From Mytilus trossulus (Eukaryota), in NCBI RefSeq assembly GCF_036588685.1, contig NC_086379.1, positions 36,394,001-36,458,000 on the forward strand: a DNA stretch of 64,000 nucleotides, read 5' to 3'. Position numbers and translations under genes: made by a program. Of the stretch, positions 13,421 to 28,900 are shown in pieces; position 1 is the stretch's first letter; the number at the start of each line of letters is the position of its first letter. Below the pieces are notes generated by a model. It was not told the DNA's origin. It worked only from the letters and a program-made list of their open reading frames with translations, and did no database searches.

Positions 13421-14859
13421 AAAATTATATGAATATGTTCATAATCTTGTACATTTTTCCTGATTGTAACGTACCGAATTCGACTTACAAAGTATTACCT
13501 TGACTAATAGCACGAAGTTAATAATAAATAACCATACATCATCGGATATACGCGCTTTGTATTAATCTTGATGTTCATATAAACCCACTATGACGGCTAT
13601 TTTAATCTTCAGCTATCCAAAAATGAATTTTATTCCACATTAGCTCTCATATTTGAAAAATCCACAGGGGCCAAAATGCAAAACTACACATCTTACTGTG
13701 CAGTGCTACATAAACTATCTTTAAAAACATTTCAGATGGTTAAATAAATGATACGAGAAATCAGCATCATACAGATGTCTTTTGGTCTGAGGTTTCAGAT
13801 TAGCAAAGTCCAATTTTCATGAACTACATTCCTATGTTATAATTACCTTTCGAAATATTTTATTCTACTTTAAAATGTTGAATTATTCAAATAACTATGT
13901 TAGTTTTTTTACCGCCTCCCGCTTTACAATTTATCATTAGCCATATTTGATCAACTTTTAAGAATGCATGAGTTTTAACTTCTCTTCAACTCCGTATTTT
14001 GGAATGGTCTTTCAACTTTTTTTAAGACGAGTGCCTTTATATTGGTCATCGAAATGATTACTAGTATTTGACGCATAAAATTATAAGACTGTTAATCGTG
14101 ATCCCATTGTAATGGTTCATTGATTAATTATTCAAATTAAGACCTTGAATTTTAATTTGCATCATGTTCACGTCGTCTATAAACTAAAATGTATTTATAT
14201 AGAAATATTAAGGAGGTGTAATGTGTTTGAAATTGAAAGAATTATCTTTATCCATGAGATATTAATTGAAGTAGATGTGAACATTATAGATTAAGGCTTT
14301 CAATAATGAGCAAAAACCAATTTCACGTGGCTAGTTATAAAAGGCACTGTCATGACAAAATATAAATAATTTCAAACGAGAAAACTGGCATCACGAAGTA
14401 TGCATGTTAGAATAAAATAAAACAAACAAACATCAAACAACGACAACCAGTGAATCAAAGGCTCCTAATGTATGTTTTTAAAATAATTTTACACTCAAAA
14501 TGCCGTTTATATATATTTATTTTTTTAAAGTGAATGAAATAAACTTTTTTTTTAAATGTAGTGTTTCCCTATGTTCTTTCAACTTGGCTCCGTGTACTGG
14601 TGGTCATTGTGTAACTCATCATAATGATTGTCTGGTGATCTCATTCCGATTTCATCATACTCACTGTGAAAAAAACCCAACATAGACTTTGATCATCGCA
14701 TTATTTGAATATTCATATTTTACATAGCCTCAGAGGTTGTTTGACAAAATTACTTTTGGGATTGTAAATTATATGTTATCTGAGTTATTGTATATTAACC
14801 ATTACTTGAGATATAGTATGTTATCAATTACCGTGATGATTGTATATAATAAGTTGCAT

Positions 14860-15756
14860 GAGCGATTACATTGTATATTGTACATAAACTGAATGATTGT
14901 AAGTAATACATAACCTGAGTGCTTGTATATTATATATTATCTGAGTGATTGTATATTATACATTGCCTGATTGATTGTACATTATATATTATCTGAGTGA
15001 TTGTATATTATACATAATATGAGTGATTGTATATTATACATAGCCTGATTGATTGTACATTATATATTATCTGAGTGATTGTATATTATACATTATATGA
15101 GTAATTGTATATTATACATAGCCTGATTGATTGTACATTATATATTATCTGAGTGATTGTATATTATAGATTATCTAAGTGATAGTATATTATATATTTT
15201 CTGAGTGATTGTTTGTTAAACATTACCTGAGTGATTGCTATTATACATAACCTGAGTGATTGTTTATTAAAGATTATTTGAGTGATTGTATATTGTACAT
15301 AACCTGAGTGATTGTATATTATACATAACCTGAGTGATTGTATATTATACATAACCTGAGTGATTGTATATTATACATAGCCTGAGTGATTGTATATTAA
15401 ACATAACCTGAGTGATTGTATATTATACATAGCCTGAGTGATTATATATTATACATAGCCTGAGTGATTGTATATTATACATAGCCTGAGTGATTGTATT
15501 TTATACATAGCCTGAGTGATTGTATATATACATAACCTGAGTGATTGTATATTATATATAGCCTGAGTGATTGTATATTATATATAGCCTGAGTGATTGT
15601 ATATTAAACATTACCTGAGTGATTGTATATTATACATAGCCTGAGTGATTGTATATTAAACATAACCTGAGTGATTGTATATTTTACTATCTGAGTGATT
15701 TTTTTTTTACATTACACGTACCTTGATGGTTGTATATATTTACACTACCTGAGTGA
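14860..15756. repeat. Minisatellite, more than 30 copies of a 26-bp unit (ACATAACCTGAGTGATTGTATATTAT)
   Basis: Directly visible tandem array without spacers; most homogeneous at 15290-15690. Confidence 0.95.
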
Positions 15757-16978
15757 TTTTTTTTGTATACGAGTCAACAAAAGAAACGATACACGATTTT
15801 TTTTCGAATTCAAGATGCAGTTCTCATTATATACGATCAATATTCAAGATGGTAATACCGAACGACAACGGAACTATAAATCCGTTTTGCCAAAAACTAT
15901 GTTTTGCTTCCAGGACTTCATTCAGCGAAATTAGTTTTTTTGGACAAAATTTACAAAAGCCTATTGCATATTTTTTAAATAGATTTTTTTTTAGTATTTT
16001 GAAAATTGTGTGTTTTGATTTAAGCCAATGTTCTGCAAAAATGATTTGAATCCTGCGATTTACGCGGAATTTAGTTTCCTTCCGACAGGTTTTGATTTTC
16101 ATAAACATATGTACATACATGGCAAATGATTTTTTTTTAAATAGTGCATCTCATTCTGTTTTATATTTAATACTTTTTGATCAATTTGATTCCAAAGTCA
16201 CGTATCACTTCTTTTGTTGAGTAGTTTACGTTACCGGAGTGGTTGTATTGTATACATAACCTGCGTGATTGTATATTATAAATTACCTGGATGATTGTCT
16301 GCTTTCAACTGTATGTCCAGGAGAAAGTCCTAAAAGAACCAAATATACTCAAAAGTTGTTAGAACGGAGAGAACGAGAGAGGTTAGGCTGACAAAATCCA
16401 TTTTAATTGAAAGTAAAAAAAAAAAAAAAAAAACCACTCCTGAAATTATAGCAATAAGTTTTTACAACCCTATAAAACTTTAAAAGAAGAAGGAAAATCT
16501 TAAAATTACATGCATGTTTGTGATACCACCATGAAATTAAAGAGTTATATCTAGCTTTTCGTCTTTTTGGATGCATTATTTTATCATCTTCATGGATAGC
16601 ATGTGTACTCATGGTAGCTGTTTTATTTCATTTGGAAATAAAATATAACATTGGATTGTCACGATTGTTGGCAGTCAATTATGACAAAATGACGTTTTAA
16701 TAATTTCAAAAATGCAATTAATCATATTATATTCCTGAAAACACAATATTTATTTCAGAAAATCTATGTAAGTGATATGATATGCCTTCGCAAGGATGGT
16801 AGTCTATGCAGGACAGGAGAAGTTTGTCCGCCGATTCTCCCGGGTTTGCTCTATTTTGAGTGCATACTGTTCCCACAATTTCAATATCTTTATTTGTATC
16901 GTCATAAAAGATTTATTAGATTGGAATAATTCAGTTTAAAAAAACCTGACATAACTATATCTTCATTTTGGAACTTAC

Positions 16979-19900
16979 CATTATTTTGCTGCACGGGAGA
17001 CTGTTTTTCTTTAGTGCAGCCTATAACAAAAAGTATATACAAAAAGATGAATTTACCACTAGGCACAATAAAAACATAAAAAATTAAGAAGGAGGTGTAA
17101 AACTATGGCAAAACAACTATTCTTAAATAACACGTACTTGATCCAACCAAATATCCTGGTATTAAGGTTATCCGAAAACGGAACTTTGCTATAAGTTGGA
17201 CACTTCTTAATTGCACATTACAAATTCTAATTATATAGCAAGACAAAACAACATAACCTGATAAATATTTGTGTATTTGTTTGAATGTGTACATATACCG
17301 TAACCAACTGATTTTCTCGATATTTTATGTTCGCGCCTTTCGCGAGTCGCAAAATAACGCAAATATAAATTATCTCGAATATGTGAAACTTGGATCTTTT
17401 CTTATTTAACTACTTAAAATAGATATTAACATCACGAATTTAAATCGCAGTCGGAAATTGGCCAGGGAAGACAAAACGTTAAATAAAGTATCCGCGAAAT
17501 TTTTATTATCTTTCGAAGAATCAGTGTATTTAGATTATTACAAGGGGAACATACAGTTACTTGATTTTTCATTTTTTGTTTTTCATTTAATGAAATTCGT
17601 ATTGTGTTTCTTATCTTTCATGTGACGTTCACGTTGTATTGTTGTTTTTGTTATGATTATGATAATGTTCAAATTGGCGGCAAAACGATTTTTCTTGTGT
17701 CCTTGAATACATTTTACCTTGGTTTCTTAGTTTCATGATGAGAATCACAAGGATTGTGATAACAATAGCCAACAGAATGCCTAAAACAGCTCCCACGATT
17801 GAGGCAACATTACTGCATGATTTCATTGTATTCACGTTATCTAAACGCAAATCAAATAAAGGTTAAGAGATGTTCATCACAACCACAGGTTAAATCCTCA
17901 AAATAAAGTTAGTAATATTCATGTGTCTTTCCCTCTTACATGTATAACAACCCTAGTAGCCGTTTTATATAACAAATGTTATATATCGACCTGGGACGGT
18001 TTAAGGATCTGGAAATATTGTGGTCGCCGGTTATCGTTGAATACTTTTATAGATTTGTTTATTTATTTTCAAAATCTCCTTCTATCAATATTCTATATTG
18101 ACAATAACATTATTATTTTCAATGCCCTTTAATCTTTCGCTCTCAAACCTTAAAGTTTCTAGTTGAATGTTTATGAGGAAAATTTTTCCATACTTATACA
18201 ATACAATCTTTATATATCTAATTTATATAATTTCACATTAGTTTTCGTTTTGCATAGACAAAATTAAAAAAAAAAAATATCTCTGGTTATAATTATGTTC
18301 TTCATTATTATGGTAGATAATACACAAAGCTGCATAACAATGAAATAGAAAATGAGACTAGATCTGATATATATTTAGGTTAAACGACAGAACATTACCT
18401 TTCTCAAGGCAAGAACTATTTGATGGATAAATTTCTACGTCAACTACAGCTCGACTGAAAAGTCTGTTGTCTGTCAACTCGGTAGCCTGTAAACAAAAGT
18501 AGCGAGTAGCAATGGGTATTGAAAAGAACATACAAGTTAGCGACAAAATCGTGGAAATTACATAAACATTGAACATAGAAATTACGTGTAGTGGTGGACA
18601 TTTCGGCTCTTATGTAATTACCTGCCACAGAGGTGTTTATTCTGTACTGGCATTGTGTTATCGAAATTTGCTGTTTTATATTTTGGACATTATTCTAAAT
18701 TACGGATTATACCCCCCTCCTATAAAGCTTGTACTTTATACTTTTGGTCCTTAATAGCCCTATCATATCGTCTTCGTCTAATAAGTAAATTATTGATCAT
18801 TGTTTTCATATTCGTCGCTATGCAATACTAACCGAACCCATACAAATATTCGCTCGGTGCATACTCGTAACCAGGTGGTAGGGGGTTTGGACGACCCCCT
18901 TGAAAACAAATAAGCACTGTTGAAGTCAATTTTCTGTTCGAACTGTTACTGTTAAACTCGAATTAGTGAGTCCAGATCCCCCTTTCGCAAATTCCTGGCT
19001 ACGGATCTGCGTCGAATTCATAATTGTTATTAAGGTAGATGTCTTCACAAAAATAACAACTTCGACTGAAAAAAACTATAAAAGATGAAGACCTTTGACC
19101 TCTTTCTCGGCTTACATCTTCATTATATACGAATATTTCCATCAATTCAGCGATTCTCCTGACTTCTCTTACCTTAATAATGATTTTCAATATATTAACT
19201 TCACTGCTACCTAGAGGTTCAATCTGCAATACCGCTACACTGGAAGATGTTCCGCTGTTTGTCGTATTTATCAGGGTAAACTTGTCTTTATATCCTGAGG
19301 GCAAGGCTAAATGAAAATAAATACTTGAAGAAATTGTGTTGAAGGTCGAATTTATACTATGTTTTGATCTGCTTACCAGTATAAAAAAAATAAGATACAA
19401 CTATCGAATGTTTAATGTGACACCTATGTCGTACCTTAAACAAATCATGTTATAAATCATCAGCCTACTAGCGAATACTTCAGTACTACCAGACATAAAA
19501 TACGGATATTGTTTTGTTAAAAGTGGCTGCTACAAAATTTTGGAAATAATTTTAATTAAAGAATACATCTCCCATCGTGCTAACCTCTCATTCCTTACCT
19601 GGCTTAGAATATAATCTTTTTTCTTTTGTGTAAGCACTTATTTTTTTTTTTAACTTTTACATATTTTATTATCGAACTTCGCTGAAGGCATATGTATGGT
19701 CGAAGTGCTTATCGGGTGTATGCACATTGTTATAGTAATGTTATTACTACAACTGTCGTTACCTCTGATAGTAAACTGTTTAACCCGTTGATATAAACAG
19801 ACAAGTAGTCAGAACTTTGATTCTGGTACGAAAATACGGATATTGCGATAAAAGTATCTAAGTTTGCCTTTACAAAATTTTTTAAATTATTTACATCATA

Positions 19901-22900
19901 CTTTTTGTCGTTTTTAGTTCATGAGCTGTTAATTATTTTAAATGAGTTTTGAATTTTTAAATATGTTTGAACGTATTTAGGCATCGATCATCATTGAAGA
20001 GATATTTATTGTCGAATTGTGCATCTAATGCAGACAAATTGGTACCGTTACGGCTATCATCTTTGCGCCGTATACACACACAAAAAACGTAGATCGTGTG
20101 TTTTTGCGTCTGGTGTTGTTTGTGACTTATGCAGTTCAATTTTGTTTGCGTTCGTAATTTGAGTTTAATAGTTTTGTACAATGATGCAAATAATTAAGAC
20201 ATGAAATGTCCGGTAGAATTTATTTGTCGGCATATTGTCTACCTAGAATAAAGGGAACACGATAAAACATTCTGATACGGTAAGTAATTTCTACATAGCA
20301 GGAATCTTCCATGATTCAGGATATACCTTAAAAGTTGTTTCCCTAATTATATTATTTCAATACTTACTTTCTACAATGCTCAATTGTATACGTGCATTTA
20401 AAGTGTCCTGGTCTCTTGCTATTATGGAATTTATTAAACTCTGGTTTTCAGCTCCTCTTAGAATTAGTTGTGCTGTCTGGGGAAAATGACTGTTATTAAA
20501 TTCAAAGGAACAGTACACATTTATGTTTCCCTTGGTAATTTTCTGCTTTGATATCATATTTAAAAAAGCGTTTTTGACGTATTGCATATGCAAAAGAGTA
20601 TCCCATTTCAGCATCACTTTCACATAAGTGATTAATAGTGTATTGCAAGAAATTGTTAAGTGAAGTTTAAAATTAGATTAAATGTAGTGAATGAGTTTCA
20701 TTTTTTATGTTTTTAGTACTCCTTTTCTCATTTTTTTTTATAATTGTATCAATACTTGCAGTTGAAAGACGTGATATTTCCGACATATAGGTTGGATTGA
20801 AACACACACCATCCACTTGGAAGCAGCCATTGTAGACAAAAACTGGACCAAGGTCATCTCCATCTGACACGTCAATAGTCATAGTGACAGTGCTTGTATG
20901 TCTTAGAGAACTATTTGTTGCTTGGTCCTAAGTTTAAAACGTAAATCGATCGATGTAGACATTTGACATTGAATTCGATATTAAATCAAAAAGGACAAAT
21001 CTTTAAAAAAGCATCCAATTTCAATTATGTTTATTACATGGGAAGTTGCTGGACATGGACTTTTACACAATTCTGTTTATAACAATATATATTCATTCAA
21101 GGTTGACATAGCATTTTGAAATGACTACCATGTTATTTACCTTTACCTTTTAGACCAGGTTTAACCAACAATTATTCTCTCTCAGAACATTCCTATTCAG
21201 AAATATCGCATTTATTTTTCAATTGTTCTCTGACTTAAAGCTTTTGACTTTGTCAGTTTTATAGACTTCCCCTTTTTGAATTCGCCGTTTCAGAATATAA
21301 TGCATTCTGGGTAATATTTTCAAAAATGTACACCGAAACGTCGTGATTGGTTGAAAACGTCCAAAACAACCGAAATTCAACCAATGACGTAACATTATTT
21401 TCACTTTGGGGTACGGACAATGAAATTACCCATGATGCTTTAGATTCTGAAACGGCCAATTTGTCTTAGTGTTCGATGTTTTTCAAACTAAAGGAGAAAG
21501 TTTGATAAGACCCTGAAATTCCCCCCCCCCCCTTTTTAGCTTCAGTTACAAATTAGGATTTATTGACAAATATTACAATGAATTATAGCTAAGACAGTCA
21601 CTTGATAGGAAATAACCCTCATGTTGAAAAATAAAGTACCTGCGTTTTATTCATCACACCACAAGTAGTACTTATTTAAATTCAAACAGGAAACCATTGG
21701 TCTAATCTATATAAAAACGAGACGAGAAACAACATGTTTAATCTTATAACATTTACCTTTATGATTGAGGCCAAATATTGCCCTTACCGAACTTACTCCT
21801 TCAACTTCGAGGATGGACATATATTGAATAAACTCAATATAGAGGTAAAATCCAGTTTTTCTCAAGATTTAATGAAACATACAAAGTCCAATGTTCAGAA
21901 TTAATATAAAGAAAATATCGTCAATCTGCTGTTATGAAACTGGTCACAAGGAATTTAATGCAATCAGAAAAAAATAATGGACAATTACATTTAACATATA
22001 CTTACTGTCGCAGAAATTCGAAAAACATATTTTTTTACTTTTTCAAAATCCAACGTAGACTTAATTGTAATATCTCCTAGCCTTGGTGTTGCTATTTCAA
22101 ATTTGTCAGTTGCATCATGAATACCTGTAGTAGGTAGTGTCTACAATTAAAAAAAACCCCACCTCTTGTTATTAGCTTAATATGGAATCTTAATATCTAA
22201 ATAACAAGGAGAACTTTTAAAGTAATCAACATACTGAACTGATGTTTGCTATTTTTCTTCTATGGCCTATGATGGACTCACAGGCACTTGTCTCAAAAAA
22301 AAAATTCCTATATACCTTAATATAACACAAGGTACTTAACTAAATTTTTTGAAAAATGACACCCAGTCCCGAATTCACGTTATTTTTTTATTTCTCGGTT
22401 GTCAAACCTACTTAAAGTTAATATGCCGTAAATCTAAATTGATTTATCTACACAATGGTATATGACACGACTATCATTGTTGTCGGGATCATTGGTAGCA
22501 GGCCTCAGAAGTCGGTCAACGGGATGTTTTTTGCATTCGTCTCAAATTTTGGCAACACCCAGCCCGCAGTGATTGAATTATTATAAAAAAATATTAAAAT
22601 AAAAACTGTTAGCTTCCCTCTGACTATGAATTATTACCTTTATTGTAAATTCTTTACAGATTATGTGAAACAAACCCAAATAACTTTGTTATGAAACACA
22701 CGTGTACACAACGACAATAATGTAGAGTTATAAATTGACCAAAATTTCCCACATTTATTTTTAGCCAGACGATTGACCAATGAGAAACCAGTATAAAATT
22801 ACATGCGGACCGGGTGTTGCCAAAAATTGAGACGAATGCAAAAAAACATCCCGTTGACCGACTTCTGAGGCCTGCTACTAATGATCCCGACAACAGTGAT

Positions 22901-25900
22901 AGTCGTGTCATATACCATTGTGTAGATAAATCAATTTAGATTTACGGCATATTAACTTTAAGTAGGTTTGACAACCGAGAAATAAAAAAATAACGTGAAT
23001 TCGGGACTGGGTGTCATTTTTCAAAAAATTTAGTTAAGTACCTTGTGTTATATTAAATAAGGTATATAGGAAATTTTTTTTTGAGACAAGTGCCTGTGGA
23101 TGGACTGTCGTTTAAAAAAACGTAATCTCATGCAGATGTTATACTGTTTTATATTTAAGTAGTTTCAAACTATGCATATGCACTTTAAACCAATATTTGA
23201 AATACGTAAAGCTTCCTTGTTTGACCAATATGTGTAATATATGAAAATAACCCTGATCTCTTGGATTTGTATTTCCCTAGGAAAGGAGATTTTTGTCATA
23301 ATCAAACTTGCGTTTACTCTACATTAGTGCACTCACTACTCCATCACCAGACATAATGCCAAAATTTATATCTTTGTTCGTATCAGCATCCAAGTCATAC
23401 GCAGCTATTCCTCTAAATATTGTTGTTCCTATGGGTGTCAACTGAAAAATGATATAATGAGTTGATATTATATATCATCAAATACCTATATACGTACTTT
23501 ACATTGTGACATTGATAATGATATCGTCGGGAGACGATAAGCATCCATGACATGGGTTACCCATTGTACGTCGTAGAATTTGTCTGCACTCCTGAATCAT
23601 ATGAATGTATGATTGAACAGCTTTGATCAATTCAGATAAAATGTTAAGTTTTAATACATCTTGTTAATCCCATGTTCTGGCAGATTGCTCAACCACATCC
23701 ACAAATAACCTAATTAATCATCACCGGATGAGCAGGGAATTCAATGTTTCAGGGTTTAATTCTTAACAGTCTAATATTTTGTTAATGTGAATACCTCCAG
23801 TTATAACACGACAGCGGACTATAATTGTAAAAGAATATTGAACAAAAGAAAGGCATTCGTTTACATCATTTAGAGTAAAAGTCTCCCTCTTGTAAGTGAT
23901 AATCTTGGATGCAATTGCTGTTGAGCAGGTTTTGAAATTACAGGTGTAGTTTTGTAGAGTTAATCCTAAATTGTTTTCTGAACTGTTTTTGGTTTAAAAT
24001 AATGTTAATAATGATGGAATCGAAATCCTTTCAGCGAGTTCTACATCATGAAATAAAAACTACTTATCCTCATCAGAAGTTTTTTACGGGTTTGAACAGC
24101 CTTCGAATAGCAATATTGTATGCCTAATTCTCGAGTCTTCAAAATGGAAAGAAAATATTTGGATGATAATTAATATGATAATTTAAACTTATTAAGAAAA
24201 AAACCTTCAATATTTCACTTATATATTATTTTTCTGAATACCTTTATTAAAACTTCTTAACGTAATGAATAAAAATTAATGTTTATTTTTTTCTGAAAAT
24301 CTTATACCCGTGAGCCTCCTTAAGCTATATATATATATTGATATATTTCATACTAAATCTTAAAGTTTGTTCTTGTGGTGTTCTGTCACACCACTTCGTG
24401 TTCGGGGTAAGGTAAAGCGGCCTGAAACATGTCTAGATCCGACACATTACTTATGGTCCTGTTCCAAATTAGGATCATGTAATTAAATGTTTGTTATTGT
24501 TTGCTGTTTTTTAAATTAGTTTTTAGTATATTTTCTCAGCTACAAATCCGTTCAAATCACACCTCTTACATTTGATGTGTTTCACTCAGTTTAATCGTGT
24601 TACCCAGATTAATTTTGTCTTTTTCTCAATTGATTTATGAATTTCAAACAGCGGTATACTACTGTTGCATTTATTTAGACAATTATGTGAGTTGCAATCA
24701 TATACTATAGCAAATTATAATGTAATAAGAAAATATCAGTTATAGTTTTTAGTCAATATTATTCACGGATGGTCAATCAGAGAAAGCAATCAAACATAAC
24801 AATATCACAATCTTTTCAAGCTTCTTATATGATACTCCAGAAAACAGGCCTTGTCTTGTTAGCGCTGATTAGTTAATCATAGAATATCAGATAAGAACTT
24901 GTAAGTACGATTAAAATAGAAACGATTTAGTTGATATATATATATATATATATATATATAATGTCACAGGTACATTGGCTAGCTGATCAATAGACACGAA
25001 ACTAATTCAAATACAACTTTGATTAAACATATTAATTTATAGTGGACTGGGAAACAAGTATTGCAACTTATATTAACCCCTTTCCCCTTTCCGAGTGCGG
25101 CCTTGTAGTAGCATTAGCCTACTCTTTTTCGAAATTTACAAGGGTGTCTTTAACGTGCAAGAGATATGATTCTCTCTTAACACGCGTCAGACATTTATCG
25201 TCCCCTTCAGACGGACTGTCATCGTTTCCTCAATATCATACTCGCAAATGGTGTCAAGGGAGAGCCGAAAATTGAGTTCCTGAAAGATAGAGTTGAGATT
25301 AAACAGGAAACAGACTTACCTCATTCACACTGACGTAATATGGGGTACCAGAGAAAATCGGACTGTTGTCATTGATGTCTTGTACATCTACTGTTATCAA
25401 GAAAAATGTAGAAGATGTCGAACCCTAAAATAATATATGTTTACTTTTGTTACCTTGTGTTTTCTTTAAATCAGGATTTGTTGACTAACTTTATAACTAC
25501 AACAAATAGTTTTTTTGTCAGATTTTGTCAATCATTGTTCATAGTTATACAGAACAAATAACCTGTTAATACTGCTCTCCAACGTGAAATCTTAAAATTT
25601 ACCGTCAAAAAAAGTTAATGAAGATTTGAAATTTGCAGGTAGAGATTTAACATAGATATTTATTGTTCGTACTCTAAAACAAATAATCGTCACGTAATTG
25701 TTTGAACTTCCATTGTTAGATTTGTTTTTAAACAATTACAACGATGAAAATATTACCGATAATGCATAAGGTTATAAAACGGCAATTTATCAACAGTATT
25801 ATAACAATATATGCTTTTTTTGGCTTTATCTCTATTTGTATTTTATACTTGTGATACATTAACAACGACAGTAACTCACCACTCGTGTACATTTGACTTG

Positions 25901-28900
25901 CATTTCAATAACATCTGTATCATCAAATGTAGTTGCTGTCTGACCCTGTGAAATTTATAAGTTCTGAAGATAATGCAAGTAAAGTTTTGGTAGATTTGCC
26001 ACTGCTGGAGGACGTTTCGTCCCCGAGGGTATCACCGACCCAGTAGTCAGCACTTCGGTGAATATCAATTATATGGTAATTTTTATAAATTTTCTGGTTA
26101 CAAAACATTTAATTTTTCGAAAAACTAAGGATTTTCTTACCCCTCGGAATAGATTACCTTAGCCCTATTTGGCACAACTTTTTGGAATTTTGGGTCCTAA
26201 ATGCTCTTCAACTTTGTATTTGTTTGGCTTTTTAACTGTTTTGATATGAGCGTCACTGATGAGTCTTATGTAGACGAAACACGCGTCTGGCGTATTAAAT
26301 TATAATCCTGGTACCTTTTCTAACTATCTATGATTATCTAATAAGTTAAAATCATTCCATAAATAGTGCTTTTATTGATGAATTGGGTATTAAAATTTGT
26401 TGAGCAAAATACGTTTGTCAACTTTTATTTACGGTTATAAATCAATAAACCAATAACTGGTTTTGTTGTTTCAATAACTGTTGGTCAATAAACTACTAAT
26501 AAGACATCTTTATACATATTTATGCAAATACATTTACTGCATGTCCAGTAATAAATGGTTGAATAAGAATTAGAAAACTATGATCTGCGTAAATATTACT
26601 CGTTTCGAAATTTTGGGTCATCCGTGCTTTTCAATTTCGAACATATTTGGTAATTTTCACGTATTTGTTTCTCGCATCTCTAATGATTCTTTTGTAGAGA
26701 AAACGCGCGTTCGGCGTACATAAATCTAAGCCTTGTATTAATAATGAGTTTGTTTGTCTCATAAAGTTGTTTATTAGGTAACTAGATTTGAACTTACATC
26801 CCTATTCAATGGCTGAATAAGACGGAGAAAAGCTCTCTCTGAAAAGGTATTCTCTGGTGGTGAAATGGCACGTGACTCTATTGAGAACTGAGTTGTGACG
26901 GTTATATTAAAAGGTGTACCAGAAGATCGTGACATTTCTAGTATTATACCAGAAGAGCTACTGCTTCCACCAAGTATACCATTGATTTTTGTGTCAGCAA
27001 TATAATTGTCTGGATTTGTTGCTAGATCTGAAAAAAAATATAAAAAGTTAAAGAAGCATACATTATTAACGTTCACGGAATTTTTGTTGAAATACCAGCT
27101 ATAAAAACTATCTGTATTTTTGTATTTGGGTTTAATGACAGAAAGTTGATCACATTTATTGATATAGTATTGACATATTAGAGCAAATGTAGCATTGAGA
27201 CAGGGTGCGTCCACCAGGCTTCTGTTGTTACGATTCATCGTCTAGCATCTCAATTAAAAGTATATTAATGTCACAGTTCAGAATGATTTCCAGTTATACG
27301 TGTACAAAACATACATGTCAAATAACTTGAATTATTTACATTTAAATCTTACTGCTAATAACCGCATTAAAACTTCTGAAAGCAAAGTAACATGGGTAAG
27401 TCGTAATAAAAGAGGAAACAACAGTGTAAAAATAAGATTTCAGGCAGATCAAATAAAGAACTACAGGAAATATGTATAAGGCAAAAATATAAGACTAGAA
27501 TACAAAACAAGATATCAAAGCAAATTAACACAATGGCGGGATTTAAAAGTAACGAGCCACGTCAAAAATGCAGTAAACAGAAAAAGTTAATAATTTACAC
27601 AGACTAAGAAAAAGAGCGCTATAACACACAGTTAAGATGAGAAATAAAGTTATTACTTGGATTATTTGTGAAGTTAATACTGAATATTTATCAACAAGTT
27701 CTAAGTACACCCTGATGATTTTTTTTTAGAAAAAATAGACTTTCTTTGACATAACCCTTGTTCATCAACTTTTTGCTCAGACACTGGTTTCGTTGAAGCA
27801 GCTGCAAGCTTTGAATACCGAATGAGATGTTGTCAATGATTATTTAATACGCAGGTGAAGTCGGTTTATTGCTACTGGGTAGGTAAAATTGATAATTCCA
27901 AAATCAAAATCGTTTCGTTTGTTACATATTTTGGTACTCAGATGACAACTTTTGTCATGGTCGAGGCACAATATGAAAAATTATGCAGATTGTTGGTTTT
28001 TTAATTTCAAGTTCTGAAAAAATATACTAATTGGAATCCAATCAGAACAGTAAATCGAAAGAACATCATCAACATATTTGAATGTGAAATTAAATGATCT
28101 GGTTTCTGTGTCCCTTGTTGTTGACAGTCGTCTGATTAGAAGGACGGTGACCAAATATACTAAATACCTATTGCACTTGCTTCGGTCAGTGAAACAACAA
28201 TGGTGGGTGTTCCTCCAGAGTTACCTGATACAGCTGTTGATTCGCATGCTAAAATGAGAATGATAAATAATGCTGTGATTCCAAATTCTAAATTTCCTTC
28301 CTGGTATCTATGATGCATTCTGTAAAGTACTAAGTTAGACCAAAATATCCGTTTGGGGCTACACGATTGTTCATTTTCTGTTTTTGTTTTGTTTTAAATA
28401 ACTGTAGCTTCAAGTATTGTGTTGTTGGTGTAACTTTTTGCTTTATCCATTTTTATCTTATTGATGGTATATCGGCCCAGTAACGTACATTTGTTTGTAG
28501 ATAGTAGATGTTTTTGTGTTCTGTTAAATTTATTCCTTTTAAAATTGTTATACGATGATGACTGATGTATCCATTTTATGACTATTTCATTGATTGTGGT
28601 TGTTTATCTAACGCATCAATGTAAATATAACGGAATTTGATGAGACTGTCATTAAGATGAGAGGTTTAGCGCTATAGAACCAGGTTTAATCCACCATTTT
28701 CTACATTTGAAAATGCCTGTACCAAGTCGGGAATAAGACAGTTCTTGTCCATTCGTTTTTAATGCGTTTTGTTATTTGATTTGGCCATTGATTCTCCTTA
28801 CTTTTTATATACTGTTTTAATATGCAAATATTTTTACCTCAAGCATTCACTGACGAGATGACGATTGTCGAGACGTAAATTTTGGGTAGAACATTAGGTA

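Noticed and set aside
14860-15756. CRISPR-like array of 26-bp repeats
   Set aside because: No unique spacers, no cas genes, eukaryotic context; it is a plain minisatellite.
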